Below, one piece after another: positions 11,415 to 25,643 of a DNA stretch of 64,000 bases (within the stretch, counting starts at the first letter, position 1; every line of letters begins with the position of its first letter). Below the pieces are notes generated by a model. It ran no database searches. It had not been told where the DNA came from and worked only from the letters and a program-made list of their open reading frames with translations. Both the position numbers and the translations under genes were made by a program. The stretch is from Octopus sinensis (lineage: Eukaryota): the NCBI RefSeq assembly GCF_006345805.1, contig NC_042999.1, positions 94,426,001 to 94,490,000 on the forward strand, written 5' to 3'.

Positions 11415-14021
11415 TCGATGTATATCGTTTTATTTATTTATATATTTATATATTTATATATATATATTCATGTTATCCATGACCTCCTTTTAATTTATAT
11501 ATTTTCTTATTTACCAAATTCCTTCTTCACAACTGACAGCCGTATCCGATTGTCTCCCATTCGACATTAATTGTTAATTTTCTATTTTACCTTATTTGCT
11601 ATTTTTTATTTGATATTTCTCTTGAACTGTTTTATTGAAACAGCATTTTATCCACCCGCCTTATTTCTCTGTTAATACTCTCTTCTTTCCTTTTTTCCTT
11701 TGTCACCTTTTGCTCCCTCTATTTCCCTCTTTCCTTTCTTCGCCCCTGTCCTATCCTCTTTTACTTATTCATTTTCTTCAGTAACATTTCCAAATCCACC
11801 CTCTGCGATCGGTATCTTATTTATATGCTCTACTTTCATAAAAGAAATCCCTTGCTGATGAGCCTATAGACGATACCAGCAAATAAAAAAAAATCTATCT
11901 TTAATATAGTTCTGAATATTGCTTTTTTTTCAAAAAACATTTGTTTAGTTTTACCACATCTATGAAACTTATGCTAGACGCGTGTGTGTTTGGCTTAGCT
12001 TCTATGAAAATAAGTAGTATTAATTGTCTTATGAAATAAAATCTACATGTGTAGATTATAACAGGGCTTAGTGGGGTGAATTGATCTAAGATATCAATAT
12101 CTACCAGTATTTCAAACTTTCAGTGAGAATATTATGAAACCTCGTGATAGCATTTTGTGAAATAGGATAAAGCAGTAATTAAATTTACTAAAGCTGATAA
12201 ACATCGGCGGCTTTACATTTAAAATTTAATGTTAGGATATTCTTAGTTCTGAATAAATAAATACCGTATATAATATATTGTTGGGAAGATTTTTGTGTAG
12301 GGCTAAAAATGGTAGAAAGTTGAACACTGATACATATTATGTTATATTATACACCTCAAGTATATGGCTATTCGTAGTTCAAGGCATCATTAAATTAGAA
12401 CTAAGCAGTCATGTCATAACATACCTTTTCGTTCTACATCGTTGACGCGAGCGTCAGCTGACACGATTTCGTTTTCAAATATGTTGAAAAGCAGGGTATT
12501 CAGCCTTTTAGCTCATTGTTTTAGAGTTCCTTGAGCAGAACTTCGATGACTGTTATTTGACTTTCTTGTATATTTAGACAGCAAACATTATTCGTATTGT
12601 ACCTACAATTCCTTACAATGAAAGAAGAAATAGACATCTTGTGCAATCGTATGTATAGATGACCATTTCTATATATTTGAATTGTATAGTTTGATGAATT
12701 AACTAATAATTTTCGAAGCAATAAAATCTGGTCAATATTAAGAATTTAGGGAAATAAGTAGTATGGTGTAAATTTTGGTATTTATTTTATAACAAAACAA
12801 AAGTTCTTATCAGACTGGACACTTATATAGAAGTAATCATCAAATATATTATGTAGCGGGTTGTGGGCAAAGTAGGTGAGTATTAAGATACTTCTACAGT
12901 TAGAAGGCTCGCTGCCAAGAATAAAACTGTAATATAAGACACGAATAGTAATATCTGCAAAAGGAATTTAGCTGTAAGTAGTGTTATCAATATGAAGACA
13001 CCATCAGAAGTTAATTACTTAGCATCGGAGAGCCGTAAGCTGTACTGAAGTGAAATGCTAATACTAATTTTTAATATTCCTGTGACTGAATGGTATCTGT
13101 GGACAATGCCCCTTTAACTTCAGCAACGCAATTATCCCTACTGTCAATACATTCACAAATAAATCAACCGCTTTTCGCTACTCAATACACGATCCGTTAA
13201 AAGTAGTTTCTAAGTGTCTCTCAAATTATACTCTTCTTAAGAAACAGAAGAATGTATTGAATGAAGATAAATTGTGAAAAAAGCCAATATTGCCGGATAT
13301 AATTCCTTTGATCATAGACCTGCTCCAAGTAATCCTCCCTGCCACCAGCAAAAAAGAAATTCATTACTGTTAAAATAGATCATTTCTTTTACCTCATAAT
13401 CAAAGTTTCGTTTCCATTTAATTCTGTGTGAATAAAATATTACTACTATCATTCTATCTACCATCACCCCAGTTAAAAATGAGTAAGCTGTGCGGAAAAT
13501 GTAATATTCGTGAAGAAGACATACTGATTTATCAACAATTCAATTCATTGAATTTCATCCTCAACACGAGTACTTCGATTACTTTATCAAATACACTTAT
13601 AAGTTGGCCTTCCTCACATACCCGCTAAACATTCCTCACATTACACTACAACTTCTTACGAAAGGGAAAACATATGATATAACATAAAACTCCATACCGC
13701 TGAACAGAGGGAAAATTTGTTTGTCATGACTCTACATGAACATTGTGCATTTGTAAACTACAATTCTCTGAATCATGCCTGGGTAAAATATATTTTTAGC
13801 TCTGGTTTGAAACTTTAAAGATAGAAATTCAGTATTAATGGATTTTGTTGTAGATTACTTTCACTAATATTTCATATTTCTACACGTTGATTTCACTCCA
13901 GAAATTTCAGGACCCAATAAAACAATTCCTTTAAGGATTTTGTTTCTAAAAAAAAAATGTAAATTCGCAATCACCAACCCAGACATATACGCTTCCATAT
14001 TTCAGAATCATCTAAATATAT

Positions 14022-14135
14022 TGGTTTCAAATTTTGGCACGAGGCCACTATTTCCGGGGGAGGAGATAATAGTCGATTACATTGATACCAGTGATCGACC
14101 CCGATAGTATCAAATCAGAGTCAACCTCAGCGGAA
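14022..14135 (-). mobile_element. Diverged SINE family C fragment
   Basis: GTCGATTACAT, TCGACCCCG and GTCAACCTCAGCGGAA motifs, plus a TTTCAAATTTTGGCAC tail shared with the copy at 51305. Confidence 0.55.
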
Positions 14136-14159
14136 GAATCACATATTAAAAAGATTATA

Positions 14160-14194
14160 TGATGATGATGATGATGATGATAATGATGATGATG

Positions 14195-14248
<54 letters not shown>
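14160..14248. repeat. (GAT)n/(AAT)n microsatellite
   Basis: Directly visible. Confidence 0.95.
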
Positions 14249-14531
14249 GAGGTAACTAGAATGTGGAACCTGAAAACAGAAACAATTCCTATCATAGTAG
14301 GTGCATTAGGCATGATAAAAAAATATTCAGACAAATACATAACAAAAACACCAGGACTTACAAACACATATAACATACAGAAAATTGCACTACTAGGCAC
14401 TGCACACATCCTACGCAGAACACTTTCCATACAATAACCATCAGAGCATCACAACAAATCACAGCACATACCCAAGGCACACAGAGCTGCGCTCGGTAGT
14501 GAAGTGAAAGCACGCTATAAAAATAAAACTA

Positions 14532-14534
<3 letters not shown>
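14249..14534 (+). mobile_element. 3' end of R4/Dong-like (RLE) LINE followed by (AAT)n
   Basis: EVTRMWNLKTETIPIIVGALG...IQKIALLGTAHILRRTLS* plus 3' UTR. Same family as 62511-63002. Confidence 0.8.
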
Positions 14535-14603
<69 letters not shown>

Positions 14604-14604
<1 letters not shown>

Positions 14605-15128
14605 TTTTATAAACTTGACAGAACAAAAAATTGGTATGACCACAAACCCGAAGGCATCGTCGAAAATAGAAATGAAAAGATCCTATGGGATTTTATGATT
14701 CAGTGCGACCATGAGATAGAGAATAGGGCGCCAGACATAGTCTTAATTGAGAAAGAAATCAAGCTATGCTGGATCATAGATATAGCATGCCCAGCTGACA
14801 ACAAGGTATGCGATAAGGAAGAAAGAAAAGTTGAGAGATATGACATGTTAGCGTAGGAAGATAAGCAGTTGTGGTCGATGAAAAAGGTGGCAGCAGTACC
14901 AATAATTGTCAGAGCCTTGGGAACCGTGAGCAAAAATCTCGAGAAGTACGTGGAACAAATAGGGCTGCAATAAGGGTGGAGCACTTGCAGAAAACAGCAC
15001 TGCCTAGAACCGCTGGAATACTCCGGAAGGTGCTCGAAAAATAAGAGGTGTTACTTTAGTTCACTGGTAGTGAACTGCTGACACTGTAGTACATCTCCAG
15101 CGTTAGAAGCTGTGCAAAGGCAATGGTG
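14604..15128 (+). mobile_element. 3' end of a second R4/Dong-like LINE family (restriction-like endonuclease domain)
   Basis: WYDHKPEGIVEN..KILWDFMIQCDHEIENRAPDIVLIEK..CWIIDIACPAD..KEERKVERY (PD..D..K RLE motif) with an internal stop and a frameshift. Flanked by (AAT)n on both sides. Confidence 0.85.
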
Positions 15129-15129
15129 A

Positions 15130-15140
15130 TAATAATAATC

Positions 15141-15171
<31 letters not shown>

Positions 15172-15336
15172 CAACAGCGAAAAATTACTTAGGAATGAGA
15201 ACCCAGGTTCGAAATTTCCCCAAGGCACCTGATGAAGGCTGGAGGGTATAACAGCCGAACCGTAGAGTTAATAATATCCGTCACGTAAATAATGTAAATG
15301 ATGTACATAATTCCTCATCTCTTAAATATAAAACTG
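15130..15336 (+). mobile_element. (AAT)n plus hammerhead-bearing tail of a short element (same family as 49363-49962)
   Basis: TTAGGAATGAGAACCCAGGTTCGAAATTTCCCCAAG-GCAC-CTGATGA-A-GGCTG..CAGCC-GAAC-CGTA. Shares the 3' end CTCTTAAATATA with the 49 kb copy. Confidence 0.8.
15224..15270 (+). ncRNA. Degenerate minimal type I hammerhead
   Basis: CTGATGA at 15229-15235, stem II GGCTG/CAGCC, GAAC instead of GAAA. Confidence 0.65.
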
Positions 15337-16799
15337 CATAATCAATAAACAATTGCATGATGAGCAATTTGGCAATTGTAACACTTTTCAATCCGTAGTC
15401 TTCATAAGTATTATATCAAGAGATAGTCGTCAGAGTTTCTGAGTAAGTTGGAATTTCATAGATTTTACGGAATATTGATAAAAGGCTTTTTCTTAATGAC
15501 CAGCTGCTGTATTACAAGAAGAAATATTTATAGGTTAAATGTTATTTGTAATAATTTGTAAAGACTTGATATATTTTTTTAAAATAAACGCTGTGAAACG
15601 TGCGTTTTTAAATCAAAATACGGAGTAACATGCTCATAAATACTCTGATAAAAACCAACAAGGGAACAGTGCGAAATTTTAAGTAACGAAGTTACATTCT
15701 TGTCACATCCATAAGCAGAATTTGGTCATGTTTCAATTTCTTTTTTTCTTTCTGATAAAATCTGGGTAATATTTTGAATTACATTATACGACTGTAAATG
15801 ATATGAAACATTCCAACTGCGAATAAACACACAATCTACTGTTACAATAATAAAATTATTTGGAATTATTATGAATACTATTGTATATAAAGATGGGAAT
15901 GCCACTTACAATAAATAATTTCAAATTTAGGTTTATTATACAACCGTGAGTCTATGGATGACGTTTAAGTGAATTTTATGATGGGAAAAGCAATTGATGC
16001 AAGGTGATAAAGTGGTTAATGCGAGGATTTTTAACGAGACCTGCAAGTACTGCTACGATCAATATAAACAAGAACGTTTTAAACATATGAAAGAAATGCA
16101 GACAGACGGACAATCACATTCATACATACAAATATACATGTATTCACGCACAAACCAACACACGCACAGCCATTATACACTACAACCATGGTAAAATCAC
16201 ACCCATCGACGGGAGGATAACCGCATGCATAATCAGCAGATTTAATCAAAATCAAAGAAAGCCACGCTAAAATAGGTGAGGGAGTAAGTTTTAAAATAAT
16301 TGAAAAAATTACATGAAATAAAATGGATACACAGTTGTTTACACAATGCCAGTAGATACATATACCAAGATTCTCTGAAATATTCATAGGCTGACCGAGA
16401 AACTCTCTTAGATTGTGAACAAATGATATGCAAAAGTTTGTTCATTTTACAAGAGAAGTCACTACTAGTTTACTTAGAGTCTGGTTTCATCCGACAGATT
16501 TCAGTTTACCTGAACTAAAATAATGTAGCTATTAATTAGAACTGACTAAGTATCGCCAAGCTTTTGGCAAAATTTGATGCAGATTCTCTTTTCAACATTC
16601 TCTATTACTTTCAGTGCGACGATCACACGCTACACACCTTCCTTCCAAGCACTGCTGTAAACATGAAAAGTGAGTTAGCACGTTAAAACTTAGTGCGCAA
16701 GCACGGCAATGTTTAAGGTCAATCTGACCCAAACCGCTTCACTTTGTGTGATTTAGCTTCATTTCTATGGCAACAGTATCAATACTTATTGATCAGACA

Positions 16800-17085
<286 letters not shown>

Positions 17086-17134
17086 TCATATATACACATA
17101 CACGAACACCCACATTTTTTTTAATGTTTTATCT

Positions 17135-17330
17135 TTTATTCAGTACTTCTTTCAGCCATTGGCTGGTGTCCATGGTGGCCGCAACAAGTTTTAGGAATAG
17201 ACCCCAGTCCTTATTTAGCTTTAAGTCTGGTACGTCTTCTATAGGTCTCTTTTGCACTGTTGCTACTTTACGTGAATTGAAACATACCACCACAGGTGGT
17301 TGGGAACAAAGACACACACACAGAGATATA
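17135..17330 (-). mobile_element. Diverged SINE family B 3' fragment
   Basis: TTTCAGCCATT..CCATGGTGGCCGCA..GACCCCAG..TTCTATAGGTCTCTTTTGC pattern matches the B-family 3' half. Confidence 0.55.
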
Positions 17331-18645
17331 CGCACTCACACACTCACTCACGCGGGCGCCCCCCCCCCCCCCACACACACACACAAACACACACATATGA
17401 TGTACTTACTGAGTTTTCTTCTACAAAATTCATTCACAAGTCTTTCGTGAACCTTGAGTTATAGCAGAAGACACTTGCCGAAGATGCCACCCATTGGAAC
17501 AGTACAAGGAACCATAAAGTTGGTAAGTACACTTCTTACCATAGAGCCACACATGTAGAAATTAGATATACGTGTATATGTGTGTGATACTATTTTGCAT
17601 ATGTCTATGGCACTTATGTGTTCTGGTGTATTCTTGCCAACAACTATTACCACAGCCACGTCTATACATAGCAACTTATACATCTGCACTAGTTTTAATC
17701 CAGCACCTGTGGAGTCGCAACTAATTTATCCACATTAACAAACCTAACACAATTGGTATAGGCCTACCTTGTTCTTGTATTCATATACATATGCTTTCCT
17801 ATTCGGGTTTTATGTATAACCATACGATTCATCGCTTTATGTTCCTATCGAGACGTTGAACGAATCAAACTATATTTTGAGGGGCAGAAAATATTAAGCT
17901 TTGATTTTCTTTAATACTTGTGTTTGTAATTAAAGTTTGTCACCGCACATAATTGCAATCATCATAAAAGTAGACAGAAGCATGTTATCGTAAACGAACC
18001 CATCTCTTTCTAAACCTATAACGGTGAAGTCACGGATTTTAAAAGAGAAATGTTTCATCTACGTTTGAACACCATTATTCCGTTTTAGTAGGAATACTGG
18101 AAAGCGAAATATATAAAATCTTAGATAATCGGATTTTTGTGCTACACAGTTCACACTTATGCAACAATTCACAATATGGAAAAACAACAACAATGTTCAT
18201 ATCTATATCGCGAGAATACAATAAATGTTGAATAATCCTTCTTGATCATATCATTTGATGCATTGTTTTGTTTACAACAAAAATATTGCAGGAAAAAAAT
18301 CATTGACATATTCTTATCAAAACATAACATTTTGCAGAAACCAAGCCTCTAGATAAGATTAGACCTGCTCATCATTTCTAATTTAAGAATCCACATGAAT
18401 ACTGATCAACTATGTAGCGCCATATTGTTAGACGCAATATATTTGTTCGAAAATGGAAGTTATAATAATATTAACGCACGTTCTTGGCATATTATATATT
18501 AATTTATACATATCAAATTTCTTGGATATCTATAGAAGTATATTTCATAAATCTATGTGCAATATATACACGCTGATAATATGGCACATCAGTTCTGACG
18601 CAGTGTGAAGCCGTGCACAAATGGCCTGCAGTAATTTCAAGACTG

Positions 18646-19700
18646 TATAGGATCTGATCAATAAGTATCCTGATTGTTGTCTTAATAATGAAGCTAAAGC
18701 ACCCAGAGTGAAGCCGCTTGGCTCAGATTGACCAAAAACACAGCAGCTGGGCATATGCACTAACGTAACGTTCAAGCTCGATTCCGCTGTATACAGCAGT
18801 GCTTGGAAGAAACGTCTGTAACGTGTAATCGTCGCATTGTTCATGACAAACGTTTTAAGGTTCAAGCTCGCTTTTGCTGTTTACAGCACTGCTTGAGAGG
18901 AACGTGTGTAAGGTGTGATGGTCGCATTGATCATGACACAGAAAGTTGTCATGACGACACCTGATCAGAGATCAACGCAAAGTTATCGAAAGTTTATGGA
19001 AAGGAATGTATGAGTGTATGAGTCGCAAACAAGTGTACGAGCGATTTAGACGTTTCCAACATGGTGCCCCTGGGACGAACGTTCTGGGAGACCTGCAACC
19101 AGCAGAACTGAGAAAAATCATCACACATACGAGTGTAGCTGTGAGGGAAAATCATCGAATCACCATCCGTGAGTTATCAGAGGATGTGCAGATTATTTAC
19201 GGTTCAGTCCATGATCACTGAAGGTTTTCGTATGAGACGCCCGTCAGCCAAAATTGCTTTCAGCTGACCAAAAAGTTTTCATGGCGATACCTGCTCAAAG
19301 GCCTATGCAAAGTTGCAGAATGTGTATGGAGCGGAGTGTATACGCCTCACACAAGTGTATGGGTGGTTCAGACGTTTCAAGATATTCGAAAAAATATCGA
19401 TATTGACGAACTTTCTGGGAGACCTGCAAACAGCAGAACTGAGAAAACATCACATATATGCGTGTAACTGTGAGCGAAATCGTCGAATCACATTCCGTGA
19501 GTTATCAGAGGATGTGCAGAGTAGTTACAGTTCAGTTCAGTCCATTATTACCGAAGATTCTCATATGAGGTGCGTGTCTGCCAAGTTTGTGCCAAAACAG
19601 CTTTCAACTGACAAAAAGACACTCGCGTTTCAGTTGCACATGATCTCCTTGATTCTGCCGAGAAGATTAAAACTTGAGGAAACTTTGCGTAGGCCCCTGA
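18646..19700 (+). mobile_element. Mariner 5' fragment with a tandemly duplicated N-terminal transposase region
   Basis: TIR-like TATAGGATCTGATCAATAAGTATCC at 18646. Two successive HTH segments (..QVYERFRRF..LGDLQPAELRK..ENHRITIRELSEDV and ..QVYGWFRRF..LGDLQTAELRK..RNRRITFRELSEDV..CVSAKFVPKQL). No catalytic domain. Confidence 0.8.
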
Positions 19701-19809
19701 GCAGGAATCACCAAGCTTTGGTAAAATTTCATCAGATTCTCTTCTCAGCTGTCTCTTTTATTGTCAATGTGACGATAACATGTGTGTATGTATATATATA
19801 TATATTGTA

Positions 19810-20031
19810 TTTGTTTCAGTCATTTTACTGCGGTCATGCTGGAGCACCGCCTTCAGTCGAACAGATCGATCCCAGGATTTATTCTTTGCAAGATTAGTAC
19901 TATTCTATCGGTCACCTTTGCCGGGCCGCTAAGTTACGGGGATGTAAACGCACCAACATCGGTTGTCAAGCGATGGTGGTGTGACAAGCAGAGACACAGA
20001 AACATGTACATACATACATACATACATACAT

Positions 20032-20111
<80 letters not shown>

Positions 20112-20152
20112 GACAGGCGTCTTTCAGTTTCCGTCTACCAAATCCACTCACA
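19810..20152 (-). mobile_element. SINE family B, 5'-truncated, with internal (TA)n
   Basis: CATGCTGGAGCACCGCC, CGGTTGTCAAGCGATG and CTTTCAGTTTCCGTCTACCAAATCCACTCACA match the reverse complement of 9458-9865. Confidence 0.85.
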
Positions 20153-20994
20153 TACATGGGCATGCACGCGCAATGATTCCCATACAGTTGAATACACACG
20201 TGAAATGAATTACCTTTTCACATTTCTCACAGACATATGTACCCCACCTACACATACATAGGTACAACCCATTACCCTACCAACTCACACTAAACACATA
20301 AACAGTGAAGCACCCACAATGCAATATGACAAATGTGTATATGTAACAGACATATTCATACAACATACATGCACACTAGCATATACATAAATAGACTAAG
20401 CAGAAACATACACACACAGACACGCTGAAACTTACGTAAATATATATAGAAACATGCATGCACACAGTCATACACCGAGTACATTATGTCGAATATACTT
20501 CGGCATCTACAAGCAAGATGCATGTGCACTTGCACAAATAGACATTTACATACTCGAAGCATAAGCATAAACAGATTTACTCATGATTTTGTATGAAACA
20601 CATGAAGATAATTATTTCTCCTGACCTTTCAGGAGAACATAGATATATACACAGCAACTCTAATTCTCCAGTCTTACGTCCAGTAATTTCAGAGTCCAAC
20701 TTCCAGTCTGTTCACGGATAGCCACGGCGAAGCTGCTTTTACCAAGATTACTCTTTCTTATTTTTACTCGCTACTCTATTTTCCTACTATCTTCTGACCT
20801 TTCTTTTCTCTTTTCTTTACTATTCAAACAAAGAATATAATTGAAGTGCCTTAAATCACTCCCTTGAGCGCTAAATTTATACTATTCCTTGTAAAATAAT
20901 CCCATCTCGATTTTTCTCTACCCCTTTAACTTACCTCCCCGTGTACACACATGCGCACACATATATACACATACATTAAAAGGAGACGTAGACA

Positions 20995-21075
20995 CACACA
21001 CATATACATACATGCATACATACATACATACATACATACATACATACATACATACATACATACATACATACAACT
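20995..21075. repeat. (TACA)n microsatellite
   Basis: Directly visible. Confidence 0.9.
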
Positions 21076-22475
21076 ATGTGTATATATATGTGTGTGTATG
21101 TGGCTGTGTGTGTGTATGTATGTATGCATGTACATATACAGGTATTTGCATGCATGTACGTATGTACATACCTATGAATAGTGAATGTACAAATCTAAAT
21201 AATTAATTTATACTGTAGAGAACAAAATGCTTTTAGATATAATTCTACCAGACATTATATCTTGAAACTAACCCTTAGCCATTGATCATATGACAATGTT
21301 GATATGCTTCGTCACACTTCTATAGGCCAGTATAGAAATGACTGTTCATTTATATCACAACATTCCGTCGGTCTCGTATCATATACGACAAGAAAAATAT
21401 AAACTTTTCACCTATGATAATATCGGAATGGCAATATCAATTATTACTAAAGTGAGTATTGTAATTTACATTATTTTTACCTTGAATAAGCGTAATATAT
21501 GGAGAAGTCAAACCAAAAACGCTATGTTTTATATTTATAACTATCAGCTAATGTGCAAAATTTAAATAACATCGGTAGACCGATGTCTACCATATCACCT
21601 CATGCATAAAACATGTGCAGAGTTGCACTTCCCTAAAGCACTAAATGCTACACTGAAATCAGCATTAAATATAACCTAAAACCATTTTCCATAAATGAAA
21701 ACAAAAAAAGCATCATCATATTATCTAGTTTGCAATTTAATCGAACATAATATTCTCCTGAATTCACTAGTTCGACATTTCCCGATTAATCACTCTTGCA
21801 TCATAATATTTAGTTAAAACTAAGCTGCATTTATTGCACGAGTATTAAATTTGAGTTACAATAAATTAAGAAATGTAACTGAGATAAACTACGTATTTGG
21901 TTATGAATAAATTGTAAATCATTAAAGACTGAATTATTTTTTCTGATGTAGTAGTTTTCTACTAAATATCAAACCAAGACAACGTGATTGTATATTATAG
22001 CGGTTTGGAGAACTTTAAAGTGAAATGAAGATATGTCAAATGTAATTTACATTCAGGCCTTAACTAGAACGTAAATATATCCACTTACGACTGGAATGTA
22101 AGCAAACACGCTAATGCAGTTCCCATAAAATAGTAGCTCATCGAAAATCACAAACTATACACAAAACATTAACAAGCGTAATTATGAGCAAGCGTAATTA
22201 TGCAGAGGAAAGAATGCTCATCCATTAAGAAATATCATTTTGAGATGACATTTATTTAGTGAGTGCGAACAATATTTACTGACATCTTCGAAAGATGCTC
22301 TAGCACCAGCCTGATTTTTTTTTTTTACCTTTGCATATGTTCCTTCTGTGTATACCGTGTATGCTTTTTTAAAATTATTATTTCCTTATATGTAAATTCC
22401 CACACTTTGTGCATGTCTCTGTATTGTCCCCCTCATCCATCATCCTTGTGACAAATAAATGAAATCATTATCATT

Positions 22476-22478
22476 ATG

Positions 22479-22513
<35 letters not shown>

Positions 22514-22536
22514 TACTACTACTACTACTACTACTA

Positions 22537-22579
<43 letters not shown>

Positions 22580-22595
22580 ACTACTACTACTACTA

Positions 22596-22631
<36 letters not shown>

Positions 22632-22640
22632 CATTATTAT
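22476..22640. repeat. Compound (ATT)/(ACT)/(GCT) microsatellite
   Basis: Directly visible. Confidence 0.95.
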
Positions 22641-23399
22641 TTCATTCATAGAACAACCACCATAGTTTGCCGCGGCTCGAAGGTGTTTTAGTCGATTAGA
22701 GTGAAAATACTACATATTTTTAATGATCTTGTTTTATGTGTTTCGCGAAAGGAAAGAATGCAAAGGTAATCTATCATAAATACAGACAATGAATGCGAAT
22801 TGAAATATCAAGGGAATATAAGATCTCTACATTGGCTCTCAACTTCCATGCCGGTAGGCCTCTCCCGTAGATTAGATTGCGTTTACATCTTTGAGCGTGT
22901 GTACATTGATATCTGTGTGTCTGTATTTATGAGTTGTACAATAAGTGTGCTTACTGGTGGTTTACATGTAAAACAATAACCCATAATGTGTATAAACTAC
23001 GCCCCATGCCATTCTCATTTAATGTTAATAACAGATTTGCTGAGAAATTTTACATAAAGATTTATCATATTGATTTCCCATTCGAAAAGGAAGCTTTACT
23101 TACAAATTTTGCCTGATTTCCCATTCTGAATACCATTAGTAAATAAACAAACAACCTATATTTATGGATATATGTAAATGTAATGCTTGTGAGTATCTGT
23201 TATTGCATGTTGAATTTTTTAGATAGTTAATTCATTATTGTTGTCGTTTCATGTCATGGTAGTTCTTGTAAAAACCTTTGTGATTATCGGTATTGTAAAT
23301 AAATTCTTGAATATCAATACGTTCTTCTAAAGATGGTGTTATTTTGAATATATCGGATATGATGGCCACTTATTTTTCTAAATAGAAAAGAGCAACAGA

Positions 23400-25460
23400 C
23401 TTAAAGAAGAAATATTTTTACTAGACAATAACAAACAGCAAGATATGTCTGAGCGTAAGCTGGAAAATTGCCACGTATACACATGTCGATATGTGTGCGT
23501 GAGTGTATGTGTACGATGCGTGCGTGTTTGTGTGTGTAGACACATATATACATATATGCAAATGTTTTTTTTTTTATGTTCAGCCATAATAAAAACAATT
23601 TATATTAATTTTATGGGTTGTTCTATAATTTTGTAGAGTATAACTTTATTATTCTTCAAGAAGAACAGTGACTTCGAAGTTTCGGTCAGTGAAGCCATTG
23701 TCGAACTACGATGCTTTGAATTTAATCTTGGCTTTATACAGTCTCTGTTGAGTTACAATCTTCCTTCGTTATGTGGCTTTAAGAAGATTGGTAGTTAGGT
23801 TTCTGGGTTGGTTGGTACGGAGAGTTGTTTTGAAGAAATCTGTGTTAATTTCATCTCGGGTTATTTTCTCCCAAATGAGAACAAATATAAAGAATAATAC
23901 ACTTATATTACTCTTTAGAATTTATTCATGTATATACAATTTTTCCATCTGGTGAAATTATTATTTTATGTCACGTTTAGTAGGTACCTATACGATATCC
24001 CATAAATTATGCTATTTTCGGTTTCGTTAGATTTAATCCTTTGCATTGATAATGTAATGGTCAGAGGTTGCCGTTGAGTCCAGTAAGTAAGAACTTAGAA
24101 ATGCGATGTGTGAACATTTTTGTCATGGATTTTTTTAGGGGTTTACAAAACGATGTAAGCAGGTGGAATGTTTTAGCTGGTCAGTTTATCTTGTGGTTTG
24201 ATGCGTACAAGTGGATGTGTGTGGGTGTGAAATTTATTGGTCAGTATGTTTTTCTCTATGTGTTCATTAATTTATAAGCAATTTTATTAATATGTAGAGA
24301 TGTTAACCCTTTGGTTATATATAAGTAACGTTTTAAAGATGTGTTTTTATAAATATTTCTTCAATTTTGTTTTACATATGGATATATGCGAAACGTTTGT
24401 GTGTGTGTGTGTATTCATATATTAAAATGAAAATGAAGAGAATTTTACTTAACAAAACGATGTAAAGAATAAAAAGATAATTTTTTTTTAATAGGAAAAT
24501 AAAAACTTAAAGCATCTTCCAAATTGTTTCCATAAAAAATATATATTTGTATGTTTGTGTATGTCAGCTTGTGTGCCAAGATGAAAACATTGTGGGGATT
24601 TTGCTTGGAGATAGAGAATCTTTTGAGTATTTGTAAAAGTATAGTGCAAAGTTGTAAAAGTGTTTGTATGTATATTATGGGAATAGTGTATGGTGTGGGT
24701 GGAGGAGGGATGATAAAATATTTACATATTTAGCCATTACAAAGCGTTATTGTTTGTAAATGTTTTAGTTTTTTATGATTTTTATGATATTCCTCTACAT
24801 CAAAGGACTCAAAAAGAGTTTCCGGTCAGTATTTGGTCTGTGCGTTTGAGAATGTGCTAGAATTCATTAGTACGAGTTGGCAGGATCTACTGTTCCTTAG
24901 GTATGATTGTGCGTGTTAGAGTATATTCTAGGTGGAGTATTTTTCATTTTAATATCATATTTTCAGATAATGCCATATCATTTTTCCTGTTTGGGTTACG
25001 AAAATAAGCTTGTGTGGTTGTATCATGTCTCGAACTGATTGCTCTAAATCCTGTATACAGTTGGCTCAAATTCGTGGTTATTTTTGCTTTATGCGATATT
25101 TCTTGAGAGGCAATTTTCTTTTAGAGAGAATGTTCTACATTTCCAATTGTTATTATGTGTGTGGTGTAGGCTCTCACTTTTAGACAATCGTTAGTTGCAA
25201 TTTTTTAAAGCTGTTCGCAATGGCATATGACAATTTTATATATGCGTGTTAACTAGTTTGTAGTAGTTGTGATTGCGGTAGAAGTGTTTTTGCAGTATTT
25301 TCAAAAGCAGTTTAGATATTTTTCACGAGACTACTATGTTGAAGGGGGGTTTAACCAGATGATTTTCCTTGTTGTATTCTCACGCATTGTATTTAATGTG
25401 GAAGAGCGCTTCTTTATATATTTTACCTTTCATTTGTAACCGCTGTTATACGTAGTTGCT
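23400..25460 (-). mobile_element. Decayed second Naiad-type PLE: thumb and GIY-YIG remnant plus 3' pLTR
   Basis: Minus-strand broken frames at 24780-25460 give SGYK, RKIIWLNPPFN, HFYRNHNYYKLVN, CRT..ENCLSRNI.YKAKIT..LYTG and FRNPNRKNDMALSE, collinear with the intact element. A CA-rich pLTR-like region and a fossil HHR lie downstream. The lower boundary is approximate. Confidence 0.7.
23666..23709 (-). ncRNA. Fossil hammerhead motif
   Basis: Minus: TAGT-TCGACAA-TGGCTTCACTGACC-GAAA-CTTCGAAG-TC-ACTG. The palindromic stem III and UC site remain, but the CUGANGA box has decayed. Confidence 0.5.
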
Positions 25461-25607
25461 ACATTGGTTGGCTGAAAAGTTCATAAGCTGATTTCGAAGG
25501 AGTGATGGTACTTATTAATAACTGCATTGTTTCCAAATTGAGTGATTGACATTTGGTGCATGAGAGAGTTTGATGCAGCTGCCCTCATCTGCACCTCCTG
25601 CCGTGAA

Positions 25608-25640
<33 letters not shown>

Positions 25641-25643
<3 letters not shown>

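Noticed and set aside
11852-11882. HHR-like CTGATGAG-cctataga-C-GATA
   Set aside because: Stem II is broken, GATA replaces GAAA and there is no UH site. It may be a fossil but cannot be supported.
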